Assembly (NCBI GenBank): GCA_052388275.1
Contig: JBQTII010000081.1
Location: 1,353-65,352, forward strand
Direction: 5' to 3'
DNA: 64,000 nucleotides
Source of the DNA: Sporichthyaceae bacterium
GTDB taxonomy: Bacteria > Actinomycetota > Actinomycetes > Sporichthyales > Sporichthyaceae
Position 1 is the stretch's first letter, and the number at the start of each line of letters is the position of its first letter. The notes under the pieces are model-generated. The model was not told where the DNA came from. It did no database searches and saw nothing but the letters and a program-made list of their open reading frames with translations. Position numbers and translations under genes: made by a program. Positions 60,968 through 64,000 of the stretch are shown piece after piece.

Positions 60968-62329
60968 TCACATCGAGGCGATGAGCTTTTCCACCCGCTC
61001 GTCGGTGTGGCGGAACGGGTCCTTGCACAGCACAGTGCGCTGGGCCTGGTCGTTGAGCTTGAGGTGCACCCAGTCGACGGTGAAGTCGCGGCGGCGTTCC
61101 TGTGCCCGTTTGATGAACTCCCCGCGCAGGCGAGCACGAGTGGTCTGCGGCGGCACCGACTTGGCCTCGAAGATGTCCAGGTCTCGCGAGATGCGCTCGA
61201 CCATGCCCTTGCGCTCCAGCATGTAGTACAGCCCGCGGTGGCGGTTGATGTCGTGGTAGGCGAGGTCGAGCTGCGCAACGCGGGGCGCCGAGAGCGGCAG
61301 GTCGTTCTTGGCCCGGTAGGCCTCGATGAGCTTGTACTTGATCACCCAGTCGATCTCGCGCTCGATCGCCGTGAGGTCGCCGGAACCGATGGCGAGCACG
61401 GCACGCTCCCACAGGTCGAGCACCGTCTTGACCACGCCGGAGTCCAGCCCGCGCCGGGAGGCGAAGTCGCGGGCCTTACTCAGGTACTCCTCCTGGATCT
61501 CCAGGGCGCTGGCCTCCTTGCCGTTGGCCAGGCGAACCTTGCGCTGGCCGGTGAGGTCGTGGCTGATCTCGCGGATCGCGCGGATCGGGTTCTCCAGCGT
61601 CAGATCCCGCATCACGACGCCGGCCTCGATCATCCGCAGCACGAGATCGGTGGAGCCGACCTTGAGCATCGTGGTGGTCTCACTCATGTTCGAGTCGCCC
61701 ACGATGACATGCAGGCGGCGGTAACGCTCGGCGTCGGCGTGCGGCTCGTCGCGGGTGTTGATGATCGGCCGAGACCGGGTGGTCGCCGAGGAGACCCCTT
61801 CCCAGATGTGTTCGGCCCGCTGGCTGAGGCAGTACACCGCTCCACGCGGGGTGGCCAGAACCTTGCCCGCGCCGCAGATGATCTGACGGGACACCAGAAA
61901 CGGGATCAGCACGTCCGCCAGGCGGGAGAACTCGCCATGGCGGGCGACCAGGTAGTTCTCGTGGCAGCCGTAGGAGTTGCCGGCGGAGTCGGTGTTGTTC
62001 GTGAACAGGTAGACATCCCCGGCGATGCCCTCTTCGCGCAGGCGCCGCTCCGCGTCGACCAGCAGGCCCTCGAGGATCCGCTCCCCTGCCTTGTCGTGGG
62101 TCACCAGATCGACGACACTGTCGCATTCCGGGGTCGCATACTCCGGGTGGGACCCGACGTCGAGATAGAGCCGGGCACCGTTGCGCAGGAAGACGTTACT
62201 TGATCGACCCCAGGACACGACCCGGCGGAACAGGTAGCGCGCGACCTCGTCGGGTGAGAGGCGGCGCTGCCCCCGGAAGGTGCAGGTGACGCCGTACTCG
62301 TTCTCCAAGCCGAAGATGCGGCGGTCCAT
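60968..62329 (-). CDS. pafA: Pup--protein ligase PafA
   Basis: [41 protein letters not shown]. Confidence 0.93.
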   Translation of the reverse strand: MDRRIFGLENEYGVTCTFRGQRRLSPDEVARYLFRRVVSWGRSSNVFLRNGARLYLDVGSHPEYATPECDSVVDLVTHDKAGERILEGLLVDAERRLREEGIAGDVYLFTNNTDSAGNSYGCHENYLVARHGEFSRLADVLIPFLVSRQIICGAGKVLATPRGAVYCLSQRAEHIWEGVSSATTRSRPIINTRDEPHADAERYRRLHVIVGDSNMSETTTMLKVGSTDLVLRMIEAGVVMRDLTLENPIRAIREISHDLTGQRKVRLANGKEASALEIQEEYLSKARDFASRRGLDSGVVKTVLDLWERAVLAIGSGDLTAIEREIDWVIKYKLIEAYRAKNDLPLSAPRVAQLDLAYHDINRHRGLYYMLERKGMVERISRDLDIFEAKSVPPQTTRARLRGEFIKRAQERRRDFTVDWVHLKLNDQAQRTVLCKDPFRHTDERVEKLIASM

Positions 62330-62379
62330 GACTGGAGGATAACGGCCGCGATCATCCTCGGTGGGCAGACTCACAAGGC

Positions 62380-63219
62380 TTAGAGCACCGGGCCGTCCGG
62401 GTCGTCCGGGGCGCCGGGTTTAGGCGGGGTCGGGCCGACGGGCGGGCGATCGAGCGTGGACGCCGGTGCCTGCGGCACGGCGTCCGCGGCTTCGGCTACC
62501 TCAACTGCTCCCCTCGAGCCGAGGATCTCCTCCAAGCGAGCCCGGGTGATCCGCTTGAACTTGCGGGTGGGCCGCGCCCGATCCAATACCGCGACCTCGA
62601 GCTGGTTGGCCGCGATGGCGCGCGGTGAGTCGGTGCCCGGCGCGTTCCCGCCCTCCCCGAGGGCCCGCACCGCGAGGGCGATCGCCGCCGACAACCCAAG
62701 ACCCGCGCCGTAGTGCGTCTGCAGGTAGGTCCCGATCGGTTCGGTCTGCCCACCCATCACCATGTAGCTGTGCTCGTCGGCCACCGAGCCGTCGTAGGTC
62801 AGCCGATAGATCTGGTCGGACTCGGCATCCTCTCCCACCTCGGCCACGACAAGTTCGACCTCGTAGGGCTTCTCCCCGGCGGAGGAGAAAATGGCGCCCA
62901 AGGTCTGGGCATAGGCGTTGGCCAGGCCACGAGCGGTGACATCGCGCCGGTCGTAGGAATACCCGCGCAGGTCCGCGACCCGCACCCCCATGATCCGCAG
63001 GTTCTCGAACTCGTTGTACCGGCCGACGGCGGCGAAGGCGATGCGGTCATAGATCTCACTGATCTTGTGCAGCGCCGGGGACCAGTTCTCGGCGACCAGC
63101 AGAATCCCCGCCTCGTACTGCAGGACCACGGCGGACCGACCGCGTGCGATGCCCTTGCGGGCATAGTCGGCCTTGTCCTTCATGATCTGCTCGGGCGAGA
63201 TGTAGAACGGCGTCGTCAC
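62380..63219 (-). CDS. prcA: Proteasome subunit alpha
   Basis: [24 protein letters not shown], and the 20S alpha fold pattern. Lies downstream of prcB. Confidence 0.92.
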   Translation of the reverse strand: MTTPFYISPEQIMKDKADYARKGIARGRSAVVLQYEAGILLVAENWSPALHKISEIYDRIAFAAVGRYNEFENLRIMGVRVADLRGYSYDRRDVTARGLANAYAQTLGAIFSSAGEKPYEVELVVAEVGEDAESDQIYRLTYDGSVADEHSYMVMGGQTEPIGTYLQTHYGAGLGLSAAIALAVRALGEGGNAPGTDSPRAIAANQLEVAVLDRARPTRKFKRITRARLEEILGSRGAVEVAEAADAVPQAPASTLDRPPVGPTPPKPGAPDDPDGPVL

Positions 63220-63280
63220 CGTGCGGGTCCTTCCTGGTGTGGAGCACGAGCGGGATCACGTCAGGGCGAGGTGGTGCGCG

Positions 63281-64000
63281 TCAGGGCAGCGGCGCGTGGG
63301 GACCGTCGGGCGCATCCATCCGTCCGGCGACCACCGCGCGGACCACCCCGGCGAGTTCGTCATCGCCCAGGCGGCGCGCACCGTCCGCGGAGATCACGTA
63401 CATCACCGGCCAGATGGAGCGGGTCAGGTCCGGGCCGCCGGTCGCGGAGTCGTCGTCCGCGGCGTCGTAGAGCGCCTGCACCAGCACCGTGGTCACCTGC
63501 TCGGCGGTCATCGACGCCTTGTGCAGCTTCTTGAGCGCCCCGCGCGCGAACAGCGATCCCGAGCCGACCGAGTGGTAGGCGCTCTCCTCATAGCGACCGC
63601 CGGTCACGTCATAACTGAAGATGCGCCCGATGCCGGACTCGGTGTCATAGCCCACGAACAGCGGCACCACGGCCAGGCCCTGCATGGCCAGCCCGAGATT
63701 CTGGCGGATCATCGAGGAGAGCCGGTTCGCCTTGCCGTCCAGGGAGAGGGTCGTGCCCTCGATCTTCTCGTAGTGCTCGAGTTCGACCTGGAAGAGCCTG
63801 ACCATCTCGATCGCCAGGCCGGCGGTGCCGGCGATCCCTACCGCCGAGTACTCATCGCCGGGGAAGATCTTCTCGATGTCACGCTGGGCGATGATGTTGC
63901 CCATCGTCGCGCGGCGGTCCCCGGCGATGATCACCCCACCGGGGAAGGTCGCGGCGACGATCGTGGTTCCGTGGGGCGCGTCCAGGGTGCCGCCGGCAGG
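63281..64000 (-). CDS. prcB: Proteasome subunit beta (5' end outside the window)
   Basis: [21 protein letters not shown] with the catalytic Thr context. The frame is open to the window edge. Confidence 0.9.
   Translation of the reverse strand, partial: PAGGTLDAPHGTTIVAATFPGGVIIAGDRRATMGNIIAQRDIEKIFPGDEYSAVGIAGTAGLAIEMVRLFQVELEHYEKIEGTTLSLDGKANRLSSMIRQNLGLAMQGLAVVPLFVGYDTESGIGRIFSYDVTGGRYEESAYHSVGSGSLFARGALKKLHKASMTAEQVTTVLVQALYDAADDDSATGGPDLTRSIWPVMYVISADGARRLGDDELAGVVRAVVAGRMDAPDGPHAPLP

Overview
High-GC actinobacterial chromosomal segment, judged by eye from G/C-rich third codon positions; nothing was computed. I found no rRNA, tRNA, CRISPR array, transposase or integrase. Most of the window is conserved housekeeping synteny that I recognise from Mycobacterium and Streptomyces. 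(i) 0.2-8.7 kb holds pgsA-like, a ManC/ManB-like fusion, DUF881, a small basic protein, a second DUF881, gcvH, an FHA protein, a MerR regulator, a DUF151 nuclease and a second MerR regulator (Rv1822-Rv1830-like order). (ii) 31.7-34.9 kb holds rbpA, fxsA, ppm1 and lnt. (iii) 52.5-64 kb holds helY, tatC, tatA, pafC, pafB, pafA, prcA and prcB, the Pup-proteasome neighbourhood. Accessory or poorly understood blocks lie between these: a sigK/rskA module with a duplicated start region and a repeat-containing lipoprotein; a 1479-aa nitrate reductase/diflavin reductase fusion; a block bracketed by two paralogous VapBC pairs that carries a fic-uvrA2 bicistron next to selO; a molybdate uptake locus with a TOBE regulator; a low-GC pocket encoding an alpha-lytic-type S1 protease plus a free-standing copy of its own pro-domain, next to an M6 metalloprotease. 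The best candidate for an undescribed system is a six-gene, translationally coupled operon at 39.6-44.8 kb: GT2, DUF2064, methyltransferase, cytochrome-b/Mo-oxidoreductase fusion, membrane protein, GT87. It has an adjacent two-component system and an epimerase. All calls rest on motif recognition in the supplied translations and on reading the DNA. No searches were run.
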